Below are positions 9,684-19,597 of a stretch of 60,171 nt of DNA, piece after piece; the stretch's first letter is position 1, and every line of letters starts with the position of its first letter. The stretch is from positions 1 through 60,171 of the IMG/VR virus record IMGVR_UViG_3300042887_002054; one strand, 5' to 3'. Made by a program: the position numbers and the translations under genes. Below the pieces are notes generated by a model, which had not been told where the DNA came from, searched no databases, and worked only from the letters and a program-made list of their open reading frames with translations. Origin of the DNA: a virus (taxonomy: Duplodnaviria > Caudoviricetes).

Positions 9684-11582
9684 TTATTGTATGCCCTTGA
9701 TATTATTTTCGTTAAGTAATGATGGTTCCTGATCAGGTCCAAATACGATTTCCTTGCGTAATGATTGTGGAATGGATCCTAATGCACCTTTATTTTTATG
9801 CACCTCAGCAATTGCTAATGGTGAACCACCTTTTGGTGTACCATTTTCATCACCTTGATTGGCAGTATACAAAGTACCATTTTCACCAGTACCTAATCTA
9901 TCTTTACCTAATGCATTATCTTGTGTGTTAATGTTAGATACTTTTTCTTCAGGACGACCAACTGGACGTTTTTCATCATATCCTGATGGTATTGGGGCAT
10001 TAGTACCTTGTCCCATTCTACCTTTACCATATAATGAAGCTAAGTCATGTGGTGTACCATATGATTTACCAGTTTTAGCTGGATCATTACCTTCATTTTC
10101 AATTTGGCCTAAGCGGAATGTACGTTTTTTATCTTCAATAACTAAATCACGGAACTCATCATATTGGTCTTCGCTGAATTGGAAGATTTTATCATATATG
10201 AAATCTGAAGGCATTAAGTTAGTATCTTGCATTTGTTTAGCTAGGTCAACTTTTTCTTTCCACAATGCAATCTTTTCTTGTTCAAATATAATTGATGGAG
10301 TAGTTAAGTTTAACTCAAAGTTAGTTAATGCAGCACCATCATATCCTTGAACGTATAAATGAACCAATGCCATTTTATACAATTCAGATAATGTGATACG
10401 TTGAATACGCTCAACTGTACGAGCGAAACGAATATCTTCAGCAGCTAATGTAGCTTTACCAGTTAAATCTTTTTCAAATCCGAAGAATGCTTTAGGCACC
10501 TTAAGTGCAGCTAACATTTCATCACGTAGGAATACTACGTCATCAATTGCATTATATTCTAATCCTTTAATTGTGTCGATTTTTGTTGATGCTCTATCAC
10601 CACGAGTTGGTAGATAAAAATCTTCCATCATGTTCATCAAGTTATAGCGAAGATTATATTCACCTGTTTGTTGATCAATGTAAGGTGTTTTCTTCATCTT
10701 CTGCATCAAACGTTGCATGTATGCATCTACCTCATTTGGAGGAATATTACCCACGTCAATTGTGAATACGCGTTTTTCCGGGGCACGAGTAACACGATGC
10801 AATAACATCGCATCTTTCATCAACACATACTGCTTATAAGTTTTACGAGCAGGCTCAATAAACGAGCGCCCGTAAGGCAAGTAGTTAGCGTCAGTTAATA
10901 GTCTAAAATGCGCTATTTCATAGTTTTCAAATTTGATTTTACCATCTCTATCTTTAACACGATTAGATACACCACCAGCAGCGATTACCATTGGATCGAT
11001 CTTAAATGTTACTGCAGATGGGTTGTTTGGATCTTGACCTTCTTCACGAACCATGTCGTATACTGACAATGGTATTACAGAATAGATACCAAATTTTTCA
11101 GCAACTTCCATGTGTAAATAGAAATCACCATATTTACACATATTGCGAGTCCATAACCATAAATTAAACTCAATGTTTAATATATCGTAGAATAAGTTGT
11201 ATAATATTTTTTGAATGTTTTCGTCTGCACTTCTAATTTGAAGTATCTCACCCATTTCATTTTTTAGTGTAGATTCATCAGCAATAATATCTAATGCTGA
11301 TGCGATAATTGACTCTGTATCCATTGCTTCATAGTCAGTATATAACTGAATACGAAGTGTTTGATAGTTCATTGTTGGGTTGTACGGCATATTAGCTCCG
11401 TAGCGGTGCAACTTAGTAAATCTATCAATTAATGCATTTGTTTTTACATTTCCGTAAGCTTGTATTCTATCAACGTCTGTAACCTTTAATTGATTTCCTC
11501 CGACATTTCTAATGATTACATCTGTATTGAACAGACGAGTTAATCTAGTAAACAATCCAGGATTATTATTTAATTCAGCCAT
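9684..11582 (-). CDS. Portal protein, T4 gp20 family
   Basis: RVTRAPEKRVFTIDVGNIP, EDFYLP, ALKVPK and EDIRF motifs. Confidence 0.95.
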   Translation of the reverse strand: MAELNNNPGLFTRLTRLFNTDVIIRNVGGNQLKVTDVDRIQAYGNVKTNALIDRFTKLHRYGANMPYNPTMNYQTLRIQLYTDYEAMDTESIIASALDIIADESTLKNEMGEILQIRSADENIQKILYNLFYDILNIEFNLWLWTRNMCKYGDFYLHMEVAEKFGIYSVIPLSVYDMVREEGQDPNNPSAVTFKIDPMVIAAGGVSNRVKDRDGKIKFENYEIAHFRLLTDANYLPYGRSFIEPARKTYKQYVLMKDAMLLHRVTRAPEKRVFTIDVGNIPPNEVDAYMQRLMQKMKKTPYIDQQTGEYNLRYNLMNMMEDFYLPTRGDRASTKIDTIKGLEYNAIDDVVFLRDEMLAALKVPKAFFGFEKDLTGKATLAAEDIRFARTVERIQRITLSELYKMALVHLYVQGYDGAALTNFELNLTTPSIIFEQEKIALWKEKVDLAKQMQDTNLMPSDFIYDKIFQFSEDQYDEFRDLVIEDKKRTFRLGQIENEGNDPAKTGKSYGTPHDLASLYGKGRMGQGTNAPIPSGYDEKRPVGRPEEKVSNINTQDNALGKDRLGTGENGTLYTANQGDENGTPKGGSPLAIAEVHKNKGALGSIPQSLRKEIVFGPDQEPSLLNENNIKGIQ

Positions 11583-11613
11583 TTTATGTTTTTATTATAT
11601 CAATAAATATTTA

Positions 11614-13203
11614 TTAACCTAGCACCCATGTCATATCTTCGAATTGTCCATGTCCATTGTTTATCATGTATGGGTTTTGAGTTCCATCAGGTAATGCAGG
11701 ACCATAATAGGCATCTTCACCACCTGTTCTTGCAATACCATCAACTGCCGCTCTAGCTAAATTCATACCTTGCTCGTAGAATTTCATTGCAGTATCTCTT
11801 ACAAATAATCCCATACCTAATGCCATTACCAAGTCATCATTATATCCACTTTGTGCTTGTGCTTTACCATGCATCCAAATGAATACACGTAATTCTTCTA
11901 ACAAACGTTTTGAATGGAAGGTGAATTGTCTATCTCGAATATACGCCTCCATTTTGGAGATAACAAGTGGTCTTGTCTTAGCTGATGTAGTAAATCCAGG
12001 AACTGTTTGATCAGATTCCATTTTAGCCATCCACTTATCCATTTGCATCTCACCATAAGCACGAGGTGAATAATAAGTGTTAGGGTATCCTTTTTCTATT
12101 ATTGTATTAATAACATCCCATCCAATATTAGCATTCTCTACTACAAGTAAAGCGTTGTTGTACTCAGTAGCAACAGATACCAACATATTTCCATAAGTAC
12201 GGGTATCCACTTGTGATTTGTACTCAGCCACTTGTTCAAGCGATATAGCATCGATAACATGGAATGCTGAATAGTCTGCACCGTCGCCACGAGCAACGTC
12301 AGCGCAAACAACATACTGTTTGCTATAATCAGGATAAGCCCATATCCAAAAATCACCACCCATAAAGCGACGCTCAATAGGATCACTAATAAAAGTTTCT
12401 TCATAAAATGATAATATATCAGGTTCAACAACTGAATTTCCAGATCCTAAAAAGTCACAATCATACTCTTGAGCAAATTCACGAGGTGACATGTTTGCAT
12501 GCTCTGTTTCTTCCCACTTTGCATCTCTATCAGGATGTAAATCCCATTTTAATTTAATTGCTTTAAATTCATTCTTTCCAATTTCAGCATCGGTATACAT
12601 TCTATGGAACCAGTTACCTACACCATTTGGAGATGATAATGCTATAATTCCACCACCCGTTGCAATAGTTGGTTTAATACTCGTATAAATTCTATCAATA
12701 CCTTCAATAAAGGCAGCCTCATCCACAATAAGTAACGAAACGGCGTACGATCTACCTGCATCTGATGCGGCTGATGTAGCGACTATCTGAGAGTTATTGG
12801 CTAGTTTTAGTGATAATTTATTATCTGATATTGGTTTTATATTACCTTTTAACCAAGATGGTAATGAATTGTACATAAACTGTACTTTTTCTACCATTCC
12901 TTTAGCTGTTTCTTGCTTTGTTGCAATACATAACACAGTTTTATCCTTTTGGAATAACATTGTCCATAACGCAAAACCAGCTGATAGTGTTGAGATACCT
13001 AACTGTCTTGATTTGTTTATAATACTAAATCTATTATTTCTAAAATCATTTAATACCTCTTCTTGGAATGGATAAAGATGAAATAGTACTCTACCTTTTA
13101 CAGGGTGAGTAATGTAGCAGTATTTTCTAAAGAAATGTACAGGATCGGTAGCACATTTAATGTATTCCGCCTTGATTATTTCCTTAATATTCGCTTGACT
13201 CAT
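11614..13203 (-). CDS. Terminase large subunit, T4 gp17-like
   Basis: KSRQLGIST Walker A, LIVDEAAF Walker B, SSPNG, and nuclease motifs DVARG and DDLVMA. Confidence 0.96.
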   Translation of the reverse strand: MSQANIKEIIKAEYIKCATDPVHFFRKYCYITHPVKGRVLFHLYPFQEEVLNDFRNNRFSIINKSRQLGISTLSAGFALWTMLFQKDKTVLCIATKQETAKGMVEKVQFMYNSLPSWLKGNIKPISDNKLSLKLANNSQIVATSAASDAGRSYAVSLLIVDEAAFIEGIDRIYTSIKPTIATGGGIIALSSPNGVGNWFHRMYTDAEIGKNEFKAIKLKWDLHPDRDAKWEETEHANMSPREFAQEYDCDFLGSGNSVVEPDILSFYEETFISDPIERRFMGGDFWIWAYPDYSKQYVVCADVARGDGADYSAFHVIDAISLEQVAEYKSQVDTRTYGNMLVSVATEYNNALLVVENANIGWDVINTIIEKGYPNTYYSPRAYGEMQMDKWMAKMESDQTVPGFTTSAKTRPLVISKMEAYIRDRQFTFHSKRLLEELRVFIWMHGKAQAQSGYNDDLVMALGMGLFVRDTAMKFYEQGMNLARAAVDGIARTGGEDAYYGPALPDGTQNPYMINNGHGQFEDMTWVLG

Positions 13204-13217
13204 GTATATAAATATAT

Positions 13218-13248
13218 AAAAAAAAGCTTAACCTTATGGGGTTAAGCT
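13218..13248 (-). terminator. Rho-independent terminator
   Basis: Minus strand AGCTTAACC-CCATAA-GGTTAAGCT followed by a T-tract, just before the late motif of the terminase gene. Confidence 0.88.
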
Positions 13249-13303
13249 GTGTTAAACATTGGTCTAAGAATGCTTAACGGAGTGAATCCCTAAGGTAGCA
13301 CTA

Positions 13304-13978
13304 CTATTTTGCAACCATTAGATATACTAATCCACCAACTACAATACCAGCTCCAATCTTAGTGATTTTGTTTTTAAATTTAAGCTTTTGGTTAGTTATA
13401 AATAATTGTTGATATTGATTTTTCCAATCTTTAATTTGTACATCTTGATTAAACATAATGTTCTTATATGTACCTTCTTTCTTAATATAAACTGAAATAA
13501 CACTATCTTTACCACTTACTCTTGATTCAGTTAATGCAATAACACTATCTTTAATAGTGATAATTTGTTTAGCACCATCTAATTCAACTAAATCCTTAGC
13601 CGCAGCTACCAATACTGGTTGTGCTACTGGTAATGGGTTAGTTACTGTATCTTTAGGATAACGAGTGTTGAATGAGGTAACTAATTCTTTTTCGCTATAA
13701 GTATCAATTGCTGCTTTAGATGAATCAATAAATTTAGTAACTACTTTTACATGAGATTTAGCATAAGCTAATTTGTCTTGTAATTGTACATCTACTAATA
13801 CCAATGAATCAATTTTAATACTATCTTGTACTAAATCCAATTTCATTGAATCAACAGCTTGTACTAAGCTATCTTGTTTTTGTAAAAATTCTTTTGATAA
13901 ACCAGCATCACTGATTTTATCAAATATAATATAAGCACCTATGATAACGGCTAATATTAATAAAACTGCTTTTTTCAT
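13304..13978 (-). CDS. Membrane-anchored coiled-coil protein (possible spanin-like)
   Basis: Hydrophobic segments at both termini with a coiled coil between. Function is inferred only. Confidence 0.5.
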   Translation of the reverse strand: MKKAVLLILAVIIGAYIIFDKISDAGLSKEFLQKQDSLVQAVDSMKLDLVQDSIKIDSLVLVDVQLQDKLAYAKSHVKVVTKFIDSSKAAIDTYSEKELVTSFNTRYPKDTVTNPLPVAQPVLVAAAKDLVELDGAKQIITIKDSVIALTESRVSGKDSVISVYIKKEGTYKNIMFNQDVQIKDWKNQYQQLFITNQKLKFKNKITKIGAGIVVGGLVYLMVAK

Positions 13979-13983
13979 ATATT

Positions 13984-14943
13984 TTATTTTATAATTCCTG
14001 CGTAAAATTTCATTTTGTTAAGATCGTATTGATCAACTTCTTGTATTGGTTCTTCTGTATCTTCTAATTCAATATCATCTACTTCAACACCACTACGTTT
14101 TTGTAAGTATTTTGATCCAGCAACTAAATCAGCTAAACGCTTCTCTAATGTTGTTCTTAAAGCACGTAAACGATCTAATTCTGTAGATGGTTCAGATGAA
14201 AACTCACCACCTGGTTTTGAACGTTTAGTTTTTGCAATATCACTTTTAACTTTAGTAATACGATCTTCTAATGTACTTGCTTGCATAAATGCTTCGTAAT
14301 CTTCATCTGATAATTGACCTGCTACTGGTGCTTTTTCAATTTCACCTGCTTCTGGTTCAATAAAATCTTCAGAACCATCAGCATTTGGTTCACCATCAAA
14401 ATACATTGCTAATGGGTTTTCAGCACCACCTACAAACATATCTTCAGCATCAGTTGCTGCTGGAGCTTGTGCTTGAGTACCTGGTGCTTCTTCCTCACCA
14501 CCTGCACCTAATTTTGTTAATACACCAGCATCCATTAAACCATTAACGATAGCGTTAGCGATTTGAGGGCGAGCAAAATTAAACTGTGTTTGTAATGCTT
14601 TTTTATCTGCACCTGGATTTTCTTTAAAGTAATTGATAACATCAGCTAGTGATGTACCTGAAATTGTTTTAGTAAATCCTGATGTATCAATATCATCATT
14701 TGTTAACTTATATCCTTTAGGGATACGGGCCATTTCATCAATATCATTTTCAGCTATATCTACAGGTTGACCTGATCGTTTTGCTTGTTGAATTGCTTGG
14801 CTCACTATTTGAGGAGTTGTTTTTTCACTTTTAGCAATTTGTCCAATTTCATCTGATTGAGTACCAGGAGTAACTTTAGTTACTTCACTTAATACATCTG
14901 TTATAGCTTCGCGTATAATTTTGCGTAGTTCTTTACTTTTCAT
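13984..14943 (-). CDS. Acidic hypothetical protein, probable internal head protein
   Basis: Start placed at MKSKELRKIIREAI, downstream of the late motif at 14970-14978. C-terminal KMKFYAGIIK resembles the scaffold tail. Confidence 0.6.
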   Translation of the reverse strand: MKSKELRKIIREAITDVLSEVTKVTPGTQSDEIGQIAKSEKTTPQIVSQAIQQAKRSGQPVDIAENDIDEMARIPKGYKLTNDDIDTSGFTKTISGTSLADVINYFKENPGADKKALQTQFNFARPQIANAIVNGLMDAGVLTKLGAGGEEEAPGTQAQAPAATDAEDMFVGGAENPLAMYFDGEPNADGSEDFIEPEAGEIEKAPVAGQLSDEDYEAFMQASTLEDRITKVKSDIAKTKRSKPGGEFSSEPSTELDRLRALRTTLEKRLADLVAGSKYLQKRSGVEVDDIELEDTEEPIQEVDQYDLNKMKFYAGIIK

Positions 14944-14977
14944 TTTGTCTGCGTTCGTGTTGTTCATCATATAAATA

Positions 14978-15496
14978 TTAAATATTTTGTAAGATTGTAG
15001 AAATGCGTTGCTCTGTTGTACCTTCAACCATAATTAATTTTTTAGGTATAAATTCAACTAATGACATTTTAATAACCTCATCTATTTTACGTCTGTAATC
15101 TAAATCAGTAGTTCTAACACCATTATCTTCAACTTCAACACCATTAGGAGAAACATATACTACTAAATCATATTGATTACGCAATGTCATAGCAGCCTCA
15201 ACAAATGAACGCTTATCAAATTGATCAATTGATTGAGCACCTAATGTAAATGCACATACATCCCAAATTGTTCTATCAGTAATAATATTTGGATATAATA
15301 ATTCAGTAGCACGTTCAGCTAAAAATACAAATTGACCTGGTAATGTAGAATCAGTATTTAAAGGAATACCCAAATCACGTAAATATTTACTACGTTCAGT
15401 ATGCACACTATGATCTTTAAATTGATCAATTTCACCTAATGCTTTTGCTAATGTAGTTTTACCTACAGACATTGTACCTGTTAATCCTATTCTCAT
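14978..15496 (-). CDS. P-loop nucleotide kinase/ATPase (NadR-kinase/AAA_28-like)
   Basis: IGLTGTMSVGKTT, ITDRT and EDNGVR motifs. Confidence 0.75.
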   Translation of the reverse strand: MRIGLTGTMSVGKTTLAKALGEIDQFKDHSVHTERSKYLRDLGIPLNTDSTLPGQFVFLAERATELLYPNIITDRTIWDVCAFTLGAQSIDQFDKRSFVEAAMTLRNQYDLVVYVSPNGVEVEDNGVRTTDLDYRRKIDEVIKMSLVEFIPKKLIMVEGTTEQRISTILQNI

Positions 15497-15747
15497 TTAT
15501 TTCTTTCGTTTATTTTTTTCATTTGGCGTTCAGCTTTCTTCTCCTGCTTATTATTTTTAGCATTCAATTTAATAGCCTTTTCAGCGCCAACCTTATATTT
15601 AATATCAACATTAATAGGTCCATTTCTAAACTTATCAATATCGAATGTCCACGTTTCAACAGCATATTCATCTTCATAAACACGAGTAAATTTACGTGGA
15701 GCTTCTTCTTGTATTATTGCGGCTGGTCTACCTCTTCTTTCTTCCAT
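15493..15747 (-). CDS. Hypothetical protein with an RRGRP (AT-hook-like) motif
   Basis: Overlaps the next gene by 4 bp (ATGA). TATATTCA element 4 nt before the ATG. Confidence 0.6.
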   Translation of the reverse strand: MEERRGRPAAIIQEEAPRKFTRVYEDEYAVETWTFDIDKFRNGPINVDIKYKVGAEKAIKLNAKNNKQEKKAERQMKKINERNK

Positions 15748-15774
15748 ACCGTGAATATATAATTTTTATTCTGC

Positions 15775-16011
15775 CTAAGCTCTAGTTCCTGTAGCTTTTG
15801 CTGCTGCTGTTTTATGGAACGGAACACCGTTAACATCTTTCTTTCTTTCTTCCCATTGATCTTTAGTATATTTAAAACCAAATAACCAATACTCAGAGGC
15901 ACGTTTATTGCCTTGTGGCATGTAAGCGGGTCCTTCCCAGCAATGCATCTTACCCATCCATGAGTAGACGACTGAGCCATCTTTTGTTTCTGTTCGTTTT
16001 GTTTCTGCCAT
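15775..16011 (-). CDS. Small protein with one HxxxGPA...EYWLxG repeat unit
   Basis: MHCWEGPA...EYWLFG matches the LHRxDGPA repeat common in phages and giant viruses. Confidence 0.65.
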   Translation of the reverse strand: MAETKRTETKDGSVVYSWMGKMHCWEGPAYMPQGNKRASEYWLFGFKYTKDQWEERKKDVNGVPFHKTAAAKATGTRA

Positions 16012-16013
16012 TT

Positions 16014-17354
16014 TTATTTTATTAAGTTTTCTGCAATATAAATTCCGTGTGCACCCGATACTGTAATACCACGAGCGCTTAATGCGTCACCTGCAAAGTG
16101 TACATTTGGATACTCATTTAATGATAAATCTGTGTAATTAACTAAAGGTTCAGGTGATAAGTACTTTACTTCAGGAATATACATTCCATAATCATCTCCA
16201 AATTCAAATATTTTATTCATATCATTAATAAAGTTTAAAACATAATCAGCATATTCACCAAAGGCTGTTTTAAATATTCTTAAATCTCTAAAAATATATG
16301 TTTTAACAGGAGTACCTTCAGATGTAAATGAAGGTAGTCTTTTAGGTGAATAAAATGTTCCAAATTTTTCACTTACAGGTTCTGTTTTACCTTCAGAAAA
16401 ATGCATATTAATTACTTGGCATGCTTCTACTACTTTTCTACTCCAAGCAAATGGATCTTCAATACCTTTAATTTCCATTAATATACCAAAGTTAGTCATG
16501 TCATTTTTAAATTCATCACCTTTTTTAGCGTGACCATTATAGCTATAAGCACCATATGTTTCTTCTACTGCTACATAAGCAGCATTATTATTAGTACAGA
16601 ATGAACGAATAGATACATTATCAAATTTTTGATATAACTTAAAGTCATAAGACACATCAATTAGTTTCTGAAAGTATTTTTGTGGTGCTTCAAATCTAAC
16701 ACCAATTTGTACTGCTTTAGCTTCAGTTGGTAATTGGTATTTGTCTGATAATGCTTGAGCGAAATCAATACCTGATTTACCCACTGCAAATATTAATTCA
16801 TCATATTCAGTGTGTCTAGATTCTTTTGATTCTGGGTGATTCCAATAATGGTTAACAATATTATTTTCAAAATCAATTTGTTCAACACATTCATTCCACT
16901 TAAAATTAATACCTTTATCTAACAAATAAGAATACCAATTCTTAGCAATTTCATGTAAATAGTTTGAACCAATATGCCACACAAGTGACATACGTAAGTC
17001 GAAATATGGTTTAATAAAGTCAGGTTCTGTCTTAGGATCAGAACAAGAAATTTCGTCTGGTTTAGGATGGAAACGAGTAAAATTAGCTACTACTTCTTCC
17101 ATTAACGACATAGCTTTTTCCTCACCACAATACTTAGCTAATTGACCACCTTGTACTGTTGATACTACTAATTTGCCATCTGACCAACCACCAGCACCTA
17201 GCATACCAGTCATTACCTCTTCAGGTAAGCGATTAATCGGATCATTTCCTTTATCAATAATTGTGATTAGGCTACCATCATAGCCATTATCTACTAATTT
17301 GGTTGCAGCATTAATACCTGCAACACCTGCTCCAATAATTACAATTTTTTTCAT
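16014..17354 (-). CDS. FAD-dependent oxidoreductase (uncharacterised dehydrogenase family)
   Basis: GAGVAG Rossmann motif, GAGGWSDGKL, IGVRFE, SFCTN, NGHA and FAGDA...RGI motifs. Confidence 0.88.
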   Translation of the reverse strand: MKKIVIIGAGVAGINAATKLVDNGYDGSLITIIDKGNDPINRLPEEVMTGMLGAGGWSDGKLVVSTVQGGQLAKYCGEEKAMSLMEEVVANFTRFHPKPDEISCSDPKTEPDFIKPYFDLRMSLVWHIGSNYLHEIAKNWYSYLLDKGINFKWNECVEQIDFENNIVNHYWNHPESKESRHTEYDELIFAVGKSGIDFAQALSDKYQLPTEAKAVQIGVRFEAPQKYFQKLIDVSYDFKLYQKFDNVSIRSFCTNNNAAYVAVEETYGAYSYNGHAKKGDEFKNDMTNFGILMEIKGIEDPFAWSRKVVEACQVINMHFSEGKTEPVSEKFGTFYSPKRLPSFTSEGTPVKTYIFRDLRIFKTAFGEYADYVLNFINDMNKIFEFGDDYGMYIPEVKYLSPEPLVNYTDLSLNEYPNVHFAGDALSARGITVSGAHGIYIAENLIK

Positions 17355-17359
17355 ATCTA

Positions 17360-17391
17360 TAAATTTAAGTTATTATTTTGACATTTCCAAA
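17360..17391 (-). promoter_or_regulatory. Bacteroidota-type promoter of the FAD oxidoreductase operon
   Basis: TTTG-N20-TAAATTTA, 5 nt before the ATG. Confidence 0.75.
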
Positions 17392-17471
17392 TGTAAGGTG
17401 GCCCACCTTTGAGGGTGCGCCACAGCTGCATTAATATTTTCGATGCGACAGGCTATGAATCTGTCTATATG

Positions 17472-17735
17472 TTATTTATTTTCCCAAGGATACCATTGGT
17501 TTAACCCCTTTAATACATCTTTACAAACTGCTAATATAGTAGTTGGATTAGATCCTCTTTCAGGTGCTATATCTAAAGATTCAAGAAACTTCTTAAAAGC
17601 TACTTCAAATTCATTATCAGTCATTGTACTACCATCACTATGTCTGATAACTAGTATTTCTTCATTTAATTGAGATTCGTTTATAACGCCAGCTAATTGC
17701 TGCATTCTTTTTGTTTCGTTAATTTGTGTTTTCAT
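17472..17735 (-). CDS. Small protein with RMQQLAGV tag
   Basis: MKTQINETKRMQQLAGVINE, with the late motif at 17739-17747. Confidence 0.65.
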   Translation of the reverse strand: MKTQINETKRMQQLAGVINESQLNEEILVIRHSDGSTMTDNEFEVAFKKFLESLDIAPERGSNPTTILAVCKDVLKGLNQWYPWENK

Positions 17736-17746
17736 ATCTATAAATA

Positions 17747-18007
17747 TTATTGGAAGAATGTTTTAATATTTGCTAACTCAATCATTCTTTTTACTTCGTC
17801 CATTTGTTGATCTTCACTATTACCTGCTACTAAAGTATCATATTCAGCCATTGTTAGTGTCTTTCCAGTTTCGCTTAATGAAATTGCTTTTTCAGCTACG
17901 TTATGTAAATCCATATCGGTTTTAGCGTCTTCGCGAGCGTATTCTAATAAACGAATAAATAATGGTATGTCTAATGTTACTTTATCTGATGGATTAAATG
18001 TTGCCAT
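17747..18007 (-). CDS. Hypothetical protein
   Basis: DIPLFIRLLEYARED core and C-terminal KRMIELANIK tag. Confidence 0.65.
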   Translation of the reverse strand: MATFNPSDKVTLDIPLFIRLLEYAREDAKTDMDLHNVAEKAISLSETGKTLTMAEYDTLVAGNSEDQQMDEVKRMIELANIKTFFQ

Positions 18008-18008
18008 A

Positions 18009-19043
18009 TTATTTGATTTGGGGATTCATATCACTTGATGTGAATGTATTTATTTTTATTAAACGGTTATTTACTACGTCTGCTATTTCATCTGAATTGA
18101 ATAGTACATAATTTCCTTGTTTTGCTTTTGTATCAATATATATCATCTTATCTATTTCTTCTTTAGTAAAATAATTTAATATATAAATTTTATTTAAAGC
18201 TTCTCTAACTTTTGGTTGGCTAATTATTATGTCAGGAGTAAAAAATTGACGAATATCAATATTAGGAAATATATTTTTTAAAAAGTCAATTGAAGCTTCA
18301 TATACTAGTTTATTATCAGCTTCTTCAGCTAAACTTGGTATTAAAATATCCATTCTAACACTATCAATCTCATAATCAATAGCTAATTTAGCTAATTTAC
18401 TACCAGTAAATATTGATGTATTTGTTCCTCTAGTTCCTAAACGAGCATCATATGCCTTTACTTCTATTGACCCTTCAGATGATGTTAAATCACCTTTACC
18501 TTCAGATATTTTTGTATCACCAAAAAATAAAGCTAATAAAATTTCACCTTTACCAATACCTCTACCACCTTCAGTACCTATTAAGTTAAGAATTTGAACA
18601 ATTGAATTTTGAGACACACCTGTATCTGATAGTGTACTTATTATATTTCCTGTTTGTGATAAATTTGAAAATAATTTTGGTGATTTTCTATATTCATTAA
18701 ATTTATCTAAATCATCATTATCAGATAATATTTCAAATATTTGATCACTTAAATCACCTATATATTCAGGTGTTAAATTATGCTTGCTTAAATAATTGTA
18801 AAAACCATCTTCACCTGTTTTTTCAGCAGTTTTAGATGTTGATTTTTTAATAAATTTTAATACTTGGGATTTTGTATCTGCGTTAGCATTTACTAAAGCA
18901 TTTAAAATATCATCATCTAAATCTTCTAAAACTGGTTTTAATATTTCAAATAATATTTTAACTTTTTTAGGATTGTTCAAATCAACAACCCCATCATGGC
19001 ATCGAAATGACCATTCATTTAATATTTTGTCTATAACATTCAT
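18009..19043 (-). CDS. Putative PD-(D/E)xK nuclease-fold protein
   Basis: GKGEILLA...KGDL...IEVK has the E..D..ExK spacing. N-terminal ILNE site. Confidence 0.55.
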   Translation of the reverse strand: MNVIDKILNEWSFRCHDGVVDLNNPKKVKILFEILKPVLEDLDDDILNALVNANADTKSQVLKFIKKSTSKTAEKTGEDGFYNYLSKHNLTPEYIGDLSDQIFEILSDNDDLDKFNEYRKSPKLFSNLSQTGNIISTLSDTGVSQNSIVQILNLIGTEGGRGIGKGEILLALFFGDTKISEGKGDLTSSEGSIEVKAYDARLGTRGTNTSIFTGSKLAKLAIDYEIDSVRMDILIPSLAEEADNKLVYEASIDFLKNIFPNIDIRQFFTPDIIISQPKVREALNKIYILNYFTKEEIDKMIYIDTKAKQGNYVLFNSDEIADVVNNRLIKINTFTSSDMNPQIK

Positions 19044-19597
19044 TATGCTGCTGGTGTTTCAGGTGCAGGAGTTTCTTCAGGAGCTGGAGTTTCTTCAGCG
19101 GCTGATAAATCAGCTGCTAATTCAGCACCTTTAGCTGTTTCTTCAGGAGATGGTTGAGGTGTTGAAATACCACCTCCAGTTTCTGTTGGAGCGGATGCTG
19201 GAGCTGCTTCTTCACCTTCTTTAATTGATGGTGATAAGTCTAATAAGTCAGTAATTGCTTGAGATGCTCTTTCAGACTCACCTAAATTTAATAAGTAATA
19301 TTTTTTACCTGCTATTTTAGCCGAATAAGTATCTTTTTTAAGATATGTGATATTAAAATCGTATCCATTTATTAATATAACCCTAAATGTTGTTGGTTTT
19401 GGTGCTACTAAATCAACACCAATAACAAAACGTCCAAAAGATGGAGACATTAAAGATTCTATTGTTTGTTTCAAACCAGGAAAGCGATATATTAGATACA
19501 TCGCCTTCTCAGCTTTCTTTTGTTGTTCTTCAGCCTCTTGAATAGCTTTTCTAATAGCTACCTTAATATATTTTTCTAATAGAAGTTTTCTATCCAT
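19043..19597 (-). CDS. Hypothetical protein with Pro/Ala/Glu-rich tail
   Basis: Coupled ORF ending in PAPEETPAPETPAA repeats. Confidence 0.6.
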   Translation of the reverse strand: MDRKLLLEKYIKVAIRKAIQEAEEQQKKAEKAMYLIYRFPGLKQTIESLMSPSFGRFVIGVDLVAPKPTTFRVILINGYDFNITYLKKDTYSAKIAGKKYYLLNLGESERASQAITDLLDLSPSIKEGEEAAPASAPTETGGGISTPQPSPEETAKGAELAADLSAAEETPAPEETPAPETPAA

